DNA of 62,086 bases from sequence record SRR31156797_9682; one strand, written 5' to 3'. How positions within the stretch are numbered: position 1 is the stretch's first letter; each line of letters begins with the position of its first letter. Both the position numbers and the translations under genes were made by a program. The notes under the pieces are model-generated. The model searched no databases and was not told where the DNA came from. It saw only the letters and a program-made list of their open reading frames with translations. Positions 20,662 to 29,833 of this stretch are shown here, piece after piece.

Positions 20662-21234
20662 TCATTCTACTGCCATGTACTTTGTACAAGAACAGTTCCA
20701 TTATCACAGACGATATCCATACAGATACGTAGCCATTACAGGTAGTTCACATGTATATTGATAAAACTTGATCACATACAATACTGAGCCAAATAGCTTC
20801 CAAAGCAGACAGAGGATTGATTTTATTTCTCTTTTCAATCCGGAAAACAGGTCGAATTCTACACTATCTAACTATCCTAAGAAACCATGAAAGAAGCCTG
20901 CCACCTATCCATGTGCTGAGAATTTCAACCTGTCTCCCGAGGCAAAAAAACGGCTGTTTTTCATGGGTAACAGATTAAAGGAAAAGGAATCTCAAAGGTG
21001 ATATCAGCTATACTAGACCGATGCCAACGGTTTACCACCACGGATTGCACAGGTTTGAAACAACAACACCATTTCCTCATGTTTTCAAATAGATACTCGG
21101 CTTGCAATATATCTGTATCAGTTATAAAATCAGTTTTAAATATTGCATAATCTGTATCATTGTATATCTTTACTATATATTCGTAAAATACCATTTAAAA
21201 AGATTGCTGTTATGCAAAGCGCATAGGTTCTGAT

Positions 21235-21789
21235 TTGAGAGAAGCAGCTGTAGCAACCATTATCACCACTGACCCGATGCCGCAAGTCCTCGTGCTTAAA
21301 CGAACGAGTAACCCCAAGGATCCATGGTCAGGCCAATATGCCTTTCCTGGAGGGCGAAGAGATACATCGGATAGTTCCCTGCTCGAGACCTGTCTCCGAG
21401 AGACTTACGAAGAATGCGGTGTAGAATTGGCCTCCCATTCTTTTGTTAAAAAGTATCCAGTCCGCAAGGCAGGCAACCATCTTGGTGTTCCCACCCCGGT
21501 AACAACATATCTTTTTGAGCTTACCTATCGCCCCCCCATCAAGCTCCAGGAAACAGAAATCAGTGCCCATGAATGGCTGCAATTGGGATACGCTGCTGAC
21601 AACACCAACGTCATCCAACGTCCAATGAGCCCACGTTGCCCACAGCGGCTTTTCCCCTGTCTTCCGGCATCCAAGGGGCTCGTATGGGGCTTTACCTTTG
21701 AGACCTTGATGATGGTCATTGCTGACCGCTATTCTGACAGTGACCCTTCCTACATCATGCCCAATTCGACTCCTACAAACAATATGTAA
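21235..21789 (+). CDS. Nudix hydrolase (CoA pyrophosphatase-like)
   Basis: DPWSGQYAFPGGRRD...CLRETYEECG Nudix box; C-terminal VWGFT. Confidence 0.85.
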   Translation: MREAAVATIITTDPMPQVLVLKRTSNPKDPWSGQYAFPGGRRDTSDSSLLETCLRETYEECGVELASHSFVKKYPVRKAGNHLGVPTPVTTYLFELTYRPPIKLQETEISAHEWLQLGYAADNTNVIQRPMSPRCPQRLFPCLPASKGLVWGFTFETLMMVIADRYSDSDPSYIMPNSTPTNNM

Positions 21790-21840
21790 TGGAAATGCGC
21801 CCCCCTCTAGACTCCTAGGCATACGTGCTCCTGCTTCCCA

Positions 21841-23241
21841 ATGTATAGACTTGTTTTTCGCAGCTGGCTTTTTATTTTCTTTTTAGCAGTCTCCCCCTGT
21901 ATTTCAAACGCCTCCTTACAAAGACTCCACCTTCAGCTGACAAATAACCAGATAACACTTCATGCCAACCTGACCCCGCTACGACAGATCTTAACAGAAC
22001 TTGCCGCACAGGGAATTGAGATACAGGCAGATCCGGGAATAAACCCAACGGTTTCAGCACATCTGGAAAAAGTGCCTCTGGCTAAAGGGCTTCCAGTTTT
22101 GCTCCGCTCGGTTAACCATGTGGTCACCTGGAAAAAGGATGCGGCTCGGGGCTTCCTCCCACTTACAATCCAGATATTTGCTCCCGGCCAGCAGCACCTG
22201 ATGGAACCCCTCAACGGATCGCATGTATTCCACACCACCCGCCATCCCACCACAGGAGCACTCATTCTTGCTAATGAACTGCTCATCCAAAAAAAAGACA
22301 CAGTTCCTGACGACATTTTCTTGAGCCAAATACGCAGCATAGGGGGCCGCATCCTTGGCCAAATTAACGCCTCAGGTCTTTACCGAATATCTTTTCCGCC
22401 CGAAAAAAACCTGGAAGCCCTGTTGACAACAGTAGCAGAGCTTGAATCTGTAGCCTTCACAGAACCTCACTTTGCTTATATCATGCGCCCTTCACCTTTC
22501 TTGGCTGATGCATCCCTGTATGCAAAAAATGAATCAACCACCTTGACCACCTCAACAGCCCACTCCATTGCAGTACTTGACTCAGGACTTGCTCCTGAAG
22601 CTCTTTCCCTACCTTGGATCACGGCCGCCTATGACGCATTACAGCCGTACTCCCAAATCCAGGACCCGTCAGGACACGGTACACAAATGGCACAGCTTGC
22701 ATCGGGGGTTGTTTCCCCATTGGGAGCCGCCAATGCAGGGCAGTTCACCTCACCGGTAATTGCGATACGAGTCTTTGATCAAAATGGCGTTACCTCCAAT
22801 TTCAACATCATCGAGGCACTTGATTTCGCCATGACCAACAATGCAAAGGTCGTCAGCATGAGCTGGGGCGGCTCAACAAAAAGTGAATTTCTTGACCAGG
22901 CTCTCCAAAAAGCAAACTCAAACAACCTCATACTGGTTGCCGCTGCAGGCAACGAACCTACAGGAGAATCCATTTATCCTGCTGCCTATGAAAACGTTAT
23001 TGGTGTTGGGGCCTTAGAGCCAGATGGCACCCAATGGGAATCCTCTAACTTCGGTCCTTTTGTCGAGGTACAAGCTTCTGGGTTTGCACCTTTTTTTGTC
23101 AAAGGTGACAATACCCCTATGCTCTTTGCCGGCACCTCAATATCCACAGCCTATATTGCCCATACCATAGCATCTTTTCTCGACACCCACCCTAACGCCT
23201 CCCTTCAAGAAGTACGCACCATGCTCCAAAAAGGCTTTTAA
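21841..23241 (+). CDS. secreted S8 (subtilisin-family) serine peptidase
   Basis: Signal peptide; catalytic triad motifs AVLDSG, GHGTQMA and AGTSIS; oxyanion motif AAAGNE. Confidence 0.9.
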   Translation: MYRLVFRSWLFIFFLAVSPCISNASLQRLHLQLTNNQITLHANLTPLRQILTELAAQGIEIQADPGINPTVSAHLEKVPLAKGLPVLLRSVNHVVTWKKDAARGFLPLTIQIFAPGQQHLMEPLNGSHVFHTTRHPTTGALILANELLIQKKDTVPDDIFLSQIRSIGGRILGQINASGLYRISFPPEKNLEALLTTVAELESVAFTEPHFAYIMRPSPFLADASLYAKNESTTLTTSTAHSIAVLDSGLAPEALSLPWITAAYDALQPYSQIQDPSGHGTQMAQLASGVVSPLGAANAGQFTSPVIAIRVFDQNGVTSNFNIIEALDFAMTNNAKVVSMSWGGSTKSEFLDQALQKANSNNLILVAAAGNEPTGESIYPAAYENVIGVGALEPDGTQWESSNFGPFVEVQASGFAPFFVKGDNTPMLFAGTSISTAYIAHTIASFLDTHPNASLQEVRTMLQKGF

Positions 23242-23640
23242 CTCCCTGAGCGATTCTGTCATTGCGCAGTGCCAGCATGCCTGCCCCATGGACATCAATG
23301 AATAACAATTCATATTTTTCCTGCCAAAAATATATATGATTTCAACATGTTACAATCAGCAACAAAGAGCGCTTGACTTTTTACCCATTGATTTGTATCA
23401 ATAACGGCTGATTGGATATGAAAGGGTATATTCAGGGTGAATTTTTTTGTGATCCTTTTTATTTAAGACGTGATTCACAGGTATCTATCAGCTTAGAGCC
23501 CTTTTATGATAACCAAACCATTGTCTGACTATAAATGGTAATAATTCCTCACCTTTGAGGTTTTTTGTTTACGTTACGGTAGTTCCCAATATGTTTTGGC
23601 CTACCAGCTGTTAAGACAACTTTAGTGTAAGGAGAAAAAA

Positions 23641-24618
23641 ATGAAAGCACCAGTACGTGTAGCCGTTACCGGCGCAGCAGGTCAGATCAGTTACTCCATC
23701 ATCTTCCGCATTGCCAGCGGTAGTATGCTTGGTCCTGATCAACCCGTTATTCTTCAGCTTTTGGAAATTCCACCGGCAATGGGCGCACTCAATGGCGTTG
23801 TTATGGAACTTAACGACTGTGCATTTCCACTGGTTGCAGGTGTTGTAGCAACTGATGATGCAAACGTCGCGTTTAAAGATATTGATTATGGTGTCTTAGT
23901 TGGTGCTCGTCCTCGTGGACCAGGCATGGAACGCTCTGACCTGTTAGAAGCCAATGCTCAGATTTTCTCCGCTCAGGGTAAAGCACTCAACGATCACGCC
24001 AGCCGTGACGTTAAAATACTGGTTGTTGGTAACCCTGCAAACACCAATGCCCTTATCACAATGAAAAATGCACCGGATATCAATCCACGCAACATCACTG
24101 CAATGATGCGCCTGGACCACAACCGTGCCAAGTCTCAGCTTGCTGAAAAAACAGGAAGCCACGCCAACGATATCGAGCAAATGGTCGTTTGGGGTAATCA
24201 CTCTGCAACACAATATCCAGATATCAGCTACGCTACCGTTAAAGGTGAAGCTGCAAAAGGCTTGGTCGACGAAGCATGGAACGTTGACACCTTCATCCCT
24301 GTAGTGCAGCAACGCGGCGCAGCTATCATTAAAGCCCGTGGCGCTTCCAGTGCGGCATCTGCAGCTTCTGCAGCAGTAGACCACATGAGAAGCTGGGCTT
24401 TGGGCAGCGAAGGCAAATGGGTCAGCATGGGTGTATACAGCGCTGGCAACCCTTATGGCGTTGATGAAGATATCATCTACTCCTTCCCAATCACTACTGA
24501 AAACGGTGAATGGAAGATCGTTGAAGGCCTTGAAGTAAGTGACTTCAGCCGTGAGCGCATGAAGGAAACCCAAGACGAACTGACAGGCGAAAGAGACGCT
24601 ATTAAGCATCTGCTGTAA
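23641..24618 (+). CDS. mdh: malate dehydrogenase
   Basis: [42 protein letters not shown] and WGNHS motifs; strong codon bias. Confidence 0.97.
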   Translation: MKAPVRVAVTGAAGQISYSIIFRIASGSMLGPDQPVILQLLEIPPAMGALNGVVMELNDCAFPLVAGVVATDDANVAFKDIDYGVLVGARPRGPGMERSDLLEANAQIFSAQGKALNDHASRDVKILVVGNPANTNALITMKNAPDINPRNITAMMRLDHNRAKSQLAEKTGSHANDIEQMVVWGNHSATQYPDISYATVKGEAAKGLVDEAWNVDTFIPVVQQRGAAIIKARGASSAASAASAAVDHMRSWALGSEGKWVSMGVYSAGNPYGVDEDIIYSFPITTENGEWKIVEGLEVSDFSRERMKETQDELTGERDAIKHLL

Positions 24619-24639
24619 GTCTTTGAACATTCGTTAGTC

Positions 24640-24682
24640 AAAAAAGGGGGGTGCCTGACAGGTACCCCCCCTTTTTTCTTTT
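24640..24682 (+). terminator. rho-independent terminator, probably bidirectional
   Basis: A6-ggggggtgcctg-a-caggtacccccc-c-T6CT4, directly after mdh. Confidence 0.85.
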
Positions 24683-24766
24683 CAAAGTAAATCCTTGGCG
24701 ACGCCTCTGCACCTTTACAATTGGATTTTACAAATAGCAAACAATCGCTGTGACCGTTGAGAGTGC

Positions 24767-25411
24767 TTAAAAAGGCGGAGAGGAAACAAAACAAAGCTCT
24801 CTGCCCGTTTGTGGATGTGAAAACTGCAGGCCTGTTGCATGGAGTAACATCTGGTCGCCTCGTAGGCCATCTCCATATAAACTATCGCCAACAATGGGAC
24901 ATTCAAGGCCTTTTGGGTGACTGGCATGCAGTCGCAACTGATGGGTCCGCCCTGTCTCCGGAAAAAATTCAATCTTTGTCCGGTACGTAAAACGCTGCAG
25001 CACCCTCCACCTGGTTACGCCGATCTTTCCACATTCAGGATCATAAATTTGATGGGGCCGGTTATTCGGATCAAGCCTGAAAGCCAGTTCTATTCTCCCT
25101 GCATCTGTCCCCACCAAACCATCGACAACAGCAACGTATCGTTTGACCACTGTTCGATTCTCAAACTGCAGAGAAAGGTGCCGGTGGGCCGTACGGGTGA
25201 GCCCAAGAACCATCAGCCCCGAGGTTGCCATATCCAACCGATGTACTGCCGGCTGTTGTATACATTCAGAAATACTCTTTTGCAAACGGGTGACAACACA
25301 ATCCTGCTTGTCTGGCCCTCGCCCTGGAACAGCAAGCATGCCACCGGGTTTGTTCACCACTACAAATGCTGGTTCCTGATACAGGATTTCAAGCTCTTGC
25401 TCGCTACACAT
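24767..25411 (-). CDS. rluA: RluA-family pseudouridine synthase, catalytic domain
   Basis: VVNKPGGML, VHRLDMATSGL (catalytic Asp), TGRTHQLRLH, IVGDSLYG and LLHA motifs. Confidence 0.92.
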   Translation of the reverse strand: MCSEQELEILYQEPAFVVVNKPGGMLAVPGRGPDKQDCVVTRLQKSISECIQQPAVHRLDMATSGLMVLGLTRTAHRHLSLQFENRTVVKRYVAVVDGLVGTDAGRIELAFRLDPNNRPHQIYDPECGKIGVTRWRVLQRFTYRTKIEFFPETGRTHQLRLHASHPKGLECPIVGDSLYGDGLRGDQMLLHATGLQFSHPQTGRELCFVSSPPF

Positions 25412-26207
25412 CGTTTCCTAACCCGCAAAGAAAAAAACCAAGAATGGGTTCGCACTTTGCAGCACAGGATGGGTAAAAAAAACCGTGCTGCCGTGATTGA
25501 GAGGCATTTTCTTTGCCCCAGTAAAACTCAGCAATCCCCACAGGCAGGATATTGTTAAGGGCCGCATGCTGCAGCAGCTTCGGTGCGCAACAGTCGCCGG
25601 TACCTGTGGGCGGCGCACCTCCACCACTAAAAATTTCTGTTAACAATCCACTGTGCCCCCTAAAATTAGTGACCCTGTACAACCCATGAATTTCCTGCAT
25701 TAATTGTCGAGACAACCGCCGTCTTACCTGAATGAGTTCCTTTTTTTGATGGGACTGAGTAGGCAGGCGATCAATCTCCCGAGTGAGCCTCTTCACCTCT
25801 TGTTCACCTTCCAGGGTCACATCAGCAAAGGCCGCAGGATCAAACAAAGGCTCGACCCAGCCAGTTGCAGACCAAAGGCCATTGTACTGACCGGAAAAAG
25901 CGTAAAAGGTCTGCTCCCTGCCCTGCTCATCTATCCCCACAAGGGCACCGAACATCTTTCCCCGTGCCTCTCCAAACAAGTAGTCTGTTCGACACTGTGG
26001 GTTGCCTTGATGAAAAGGTACTTGGAAATCTATCCGCTGGTGCAGATTCAGCTTAGCCATCAAATCCATGCAGGCGTGCCGAGCTTTCCCTCCCTTAAGA
26101 TAATGATACTTTCGACAATGACCGCAGTAGCCGCCAATCGTTAAGTCCTCAGACTGAGACACGTCGTCCTCCGGCAGGCTCACCATCTCTCCAATCACTG
26201 TCATCAT
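25404..26207 (-). CDS. standalone homolog of the N-terminal domain of long RluA-family proteins
   Basis: GKMFGALV, AFSG, GDCCAPKLLQHA, AEFYWG and HGFFYPSCAAKCEPIL, recognised as the N-terminal extension of ~550-aa RluA-like proteins; overlaps rluA by 8 nt. Confidence 0.75.
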   Translation of the reverse strand: MMTVIGEMVSLPEDDVSQSEDLTIGGYCGHCRKYHYLKGGKARHACMDLMAKLNLHQRIDFQVPFHQGNPQCRTDYLFGEARGKMFGALVGIDEQGREQTFYAFSGQYNGLWSATGWVEPLFDPAAFADVTLEGEQEVKRLTREIDRLPTQSHQKKELIQVRRRLSRQLMQEIHGLYRVTNFRGHSGLLTEIFSGGGAPPTGTGDCCAPKLLQHAALNNILPVGIAEFYWGKENASQSRQHGFFYPSCAAKCEPILGFFLCGLGNDV

Positions 26208-26224
26208 AAACTCCGTTCTCTGCT

Positions 26225-26425
26225 CTACTTACGAAACAGCCAAATCAAAACAGAAATGACCACGCTGAACAACAGGGAGGTTGTCAATGGAAAGTAAAAA
26301 CGAAAATGCTCGCGGGCAATGGTGATATCACCGGGGAGGCGACCAAAAGGAATTTGCTTTATCCACGGCCAGCAGACTCCAATGCAGATACAGATAACAC
26401 CTACCCAGATCAATGCTCTGTTCAT
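26225..26425 (-). CDS. DUF2905-family small membrane protein
   Basis: GRLPGDITI...FRFYFPLTTSLL signature. Confidence 0.85.
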   Translation of the reverse strand: MNRALIWVGVICICIGVCWPWIKQIPFGRLPGDITIAREHFRFYFPLTTSLLFSVVISVLIWLFRK

Positions 26426-26429
26426 GACC

Positions 26430-27362
26430 TTATGCCACCTCCTCTATAATTTTACGATCTTGGCTTAAAATAACCCCGCAAAATACAACCGCACAAGCCA
26501 GAAACTGCCAAAAGGTGAACTGTTCACCTAAAATCACAAAACCAAGAATAACAGCAAAAACTGGAATAAGATTAATAAAGACTGAAGCCTGATTTGCGGG
26601 TATGCGACTGATACCAAAATTATACAACCCATAGGCTCCAACACTGACAAAAACGCCAAGATAAAGGATAATCAACAACCCACTGGGCGATATTGTCTCA
26701 GGAACATGTACCTGGGGAAGCAGCAGTACCGGCAAAAAAAACAGCGCTCCAAGGATACACTGCACGGCTGTTAAGAAAAAAGATGAAAGATCTCTACTTA
26801 AATATTTCATCAGGATGATGTATCCTGTAGCGCAGACCATGGCTAAAAATTCCAAAAAATTACCCAAGGCCGGGTTGGGAGCTTGCGGGGTACCTTCTCC
26901 TGCAAGAGTGAGCCATAGAGCCCCGGCAGCCGCAACGATGAAACCGATGACGGTTTTTCGTGAAATATGCTCCCCCAAAATTGTCCCGGCAGCAAACGCC
27001 ACAAGCAGAGGCAACATGGTTGTAATCATCGACGCTTGAGACGCGCTGGTCTGCTGGAGAGCCGCAGCCTCAAAATGAAAATACAGACAGGGCTCACAGA
27101 GGCCCATTCCCAACATGGGCAACAGGTGCTTTTTCCTGATTGGAACCTTGACAAAATAACGGATAAAAGGAAGAAAGCACAGTGAAGCGACTACAAGACG
27201 CCCCAGTATGACGAGCAGGGGGTCAAGTTCAAAAAAAGCATACTTCATGACAGCAAAAGAGCTTCCCCACAACACCATGGCCACCAACATTGCCAATGTC
27301 GGCAGCAGGCTCCCCCGATAAGAAACTACTTGCTTAGTATATCCTTTATGTTCCACATCCAT
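26430..27362 (-). CDS. DMT/EamA-family transporter
   Basis: About 10 TMs; LWGSSF, LGEHIS and NLIPVFAVILGFVILGE EamA repeat motifs. Start codon uncertain. Confidence 0.9.
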   Translation of the reverse strand: MDVEHKGYTKQVVSYRGSLLPTLAMLVAMVLWGSSFAVMKYAFFELDPLLVILGRLVVASLCFLPFIRYFVKVPIRKKHLLPMLGMGLCEPCLYFHFEAAALQQTSASQASMITTMLPLLVAFAAGTILGEHISRKTVIGFIVAAAGALWLTLAGEGTPQAPNPALGNFLEFLAMVCATGYIILMKYLSRDLSSFFLTAVQCILGALFFLPVLLLPQVHVPETISPSGLLIILYLGVFVSVGAYGLYNFGISRIPANQASVFINLIPVFAVILGFVILGEQFTFWQFLACAVVFCGVILSQDRKIIEEVA

Positions 27363-29819
27363 AGTTTCTCTCGCAAACAGCTCACGGGTATAATATTCTT
27401 CTCTATCCTACTCTCTGCGCTACTCCAGGGCGCCATCGCAACAAAAGCACACGGGGCACCCCTTGACTTGCAGCATGCAAGCTGGCGGCAGACCGTCAGT
27501 CTATACCAGAGAAACGACTGCCTTACCAGTGAGCAAGTGGCCTATGGCAAAGAAATCATTAAAGGGCTCAATTACAACAGCCAGCGAGTATTCCGTGTAT
27601 TCTGCACGCTGCCGGCTCTCGATTTTGCCCAGTGTCAAAACATCTGGTCGCTGCTCATAAACCACCATCTCACCTTTGAACAGGTGCGCAGTTTTGAACA
27701 ATGGAGCAGCCTTAACGAGACTGATCTCGATCTCTCCCTAAGGGCAGTGCCAACAATCAGCACCCTCTCCTATGCAGCGGGCAAGAGCTTCAATGCTTTT
27801 TCAGGCCTCCCTGATACGACTCCAGGCTTTGCTCTGCAACTAATCCCCATGCTTAACAAGCTGCCGAATACCACCCATAAAGCACTGCAGGCCATACTGT
27901 CAGTCAAGGGAATGACGGCCGCACAAGTGACAGAAGCTTTACTCACGATACACAGGCTCAATGAGAGTCAGGCCATGGCAGCAAAAGCCTATGCCCAGCT
28001 TGAAGGGATGGATACGGCTATCTTTTTCGAGGGATTGCCCCTGATTTCAAGACTCAGAAAACAAGACGCATGGAACACCCATTTTCTTTTTGCCACTATC
28101 CAACCATCCAGCAGGGAAGCCTGGGACTGGCTGATCATGTTTTTTGCTCTGCCGCCCGACATCCAGGAGACCCAAGTCGCCACCTTTGAAAAAATACAGA
28201 AGAAACAGCTGCTCCAAGGCATGCAGGCAGCTAGTCAGAATCTTATATGGGAGTTAAACGACCTCCACGCTCTCACGGATCGCTTTGGCAGGGAGCTTTC
28301 TTCAAACGTTCTCCACCAGATGTCGTCCAAAGAGCTGCACCGACTTTTCAATCGACTCTCACCGGTTATCAGAGTCCGTTATGGTAACGATTTTTCCGCA
28401 GCAATTGAGGCGCAGCAGCAAGGCACAGCAATCACTATTCTGCATAAAGCAACCTCTGCTGCCAGGTCGCATATTGCATCCAGCCTCACATCGATCAACA
28501 TCTATGCCCTATTAAGCCAGGGGAGTGAATTGTATGATTCCTCTTTTCGGAATATCCTGGTTCCTGTTCTGCAGCGGCGTTTGGCGAAGGCCTTTTCAGG
28601 TAACCTCCTTCTTTTACTTGAATCTGTTGACCCTACACATTCTTTAGTGTCACAGTTCATCACCAGTTGTGCCCAAAAGGGCAAACTAGCCGCTTTTTTC
28701 CCAAAAAACAGTCACCAGCAACAACAAATACTCGACTTGGTCGCCCTGTCGGCTTTTCACGATCCGTTCTCACTGCTTGTCTTTACGGCGACAATGCAGC
28801 CGCTGTTCAGCGTCCTCAAACCAGAGGTCCGTTCCTATCTTGTACAAAAAATGATCTCCGCCGTACAGAAAACCAACCCAGAGACAGCAAAGCTGCTGAT
28901 TGCGACCTTGCAGTATTATCATCAGCATCACCAAAATGCCCTTACCCAAAAGGACCAGGTAGAATTGAGCCTGCTTGAGCAAAAGTACGGCCGTATCTCT
29001 TTTGCCCCATACCTGCGAACACCTTTTGCGGAATGGAAGCATGACAACAGCCTGGTCTCTTTGTCCCTTTTCCATCCCGATGATGATGGACGGCAATCGT
29101 TTTATTCCTTTGCCCGTCACCTTTTGCAAAAAGGCTACTTGCTGCAGCCTGCTCCCGGCTATTCACCTGGTGAAGCACCTCCCTCGCAGCAGAAAAAGGC
29201 CAGGGATCTTATCACTCAATATGGAGCCATGGGACCACATGGATTGCCGAAACTGTTTCGTCTGATGGAGACAGAAAACATCAGTGTTTCCTTTAGCCGC
29301 ACCCTTAACCACATAACCATCCTTCATACACTCTCTGTGTATGCTACCCCGGAAGACCAGCAGAAAAAGCTGCTTCACTTTGTTGCAAGCGGTCATGAAA
29401 TGCTCATCCAGCGCGGCCATAGTTACTGGAGAAAAGAACAAATCACAGACCCGATAACCACCCTTCTCGGAAACAACATGCTCACTCCCTCAATGCTCAA
29501 AAACAAGCAGCGCTTTTTAAGCATTGGATCCTGTGGAGGTATGAAAGTATACTCATACCTTAACCAGCTATTTAAAGGATCAGTCGACATTCTGGCAACA
29601 ATCGGTACAGGTCTTACTGAAATAAACACCCCTTACAACACCTTTTTATTTGAATTCATCGCCACCCATTGGGAAGCTGACACCTGGGATAAGGTTACCG
29701 ACGCCTCGGCTTCACTTTTCCAGTCCGGCCGTGGCCAGGACTATCTGCAGCCAGGATCGCTGCCAGCTATCCTTCATAAAATGTTTTTCAGCCAACCTGA
29801 CGCCATCCTCCACCTATAA
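27348..29819 (+). CDS. large exported hypothetical protein with 32-aa helical repeats and a C-terminal RGHSY/GSCGG domain
   Basis: ORF of more than 800 aa with a signal-like N-terminus, co-oriented with holA 14 nt downstream. ATG at 27348 is preferred. Confidence 0.8.
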   Translation: MFHIHSFSRKQLTGIIFFSILLSALLQGAIATKAHGAPLDLQHASWRQTVSLYQRNDCLTSEQVAYGKEIIKGLNYNSQRVFRVFCTLPALDFAQCQNIWSLLINHHLTFEQVRSFEQWSSLNETDLDLSLRAVPTISTLSYAAGKSFNAFSGLPDTTPGFALQLIPMLNKLPNTTHKALQAILSVKGMTAAQVTEALLTIHRLNESQAMAAKAYAQLEGMDTAIFFEGLPLISRLRKQDAWNTHFLFATIQPSSREAWDWLIMFFALPPDIQETQVATFEKIQKKQLLQGMQAASQNLIWELNDLHALTDRFGRELSSNVLHQMSSKELHRLFNRLSPVIRVRYGNDFSAAIEAQQQGTAITILHKATSAARSHIASSLTSINIYALLSQGSELYDSSFRNILVPVLQRRLAKAFSGNLLLLLESVDPTHSLVSQFITSCAQKGKLAAFFPKNSHQQQQILDLVALSAFHDPFSLLVFTATMQPLFSVLKPEVRSYLVQKMISAVQKTNPETAKLLIATLQYYHQHHQNALTQKDQVELSLLEQKYGRISFAPYLRTPFAEWKHDNSLVSLSLFHPDDDGRQSFYSFARHLLQKGYLLQPAPGYSPGEAPPSQQKKARDLITQYGAMGPHGLPKLFRLMETENISVSFSRTLNHITILHTLSVYATPEDQQKKLLHFVASGHEMLIQRGHSYWRKEQITDPITTLLGNNMLTPSMLKNKQRFLSIGSCGGMKVYSYLNQLFKGSVDILATIGTGLTEINTPYNTFLFEFIATHWEADTWDKVTDASASLFQSGRGQDYLQPGSLPAILHKMFFSQPDAILHL

Positions 29820-29833
29820 AAGAGCTAATCAGT

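Noticed and set aside
20961-21194. 77-aa AT-rich ORF
   Set aside because: No RBS or motif; it lies in a divergent promoter region.
23944-24630. 228-aa antisense ORF over mdh, and similar shadows such as 24917-25558, 35050-35577, 42422-42979 and 46465-46938
   Set aside because: They overlap well-supported genes almost entirely on the opposite strand and have no motifs; this is typical of codon-bias shadows.
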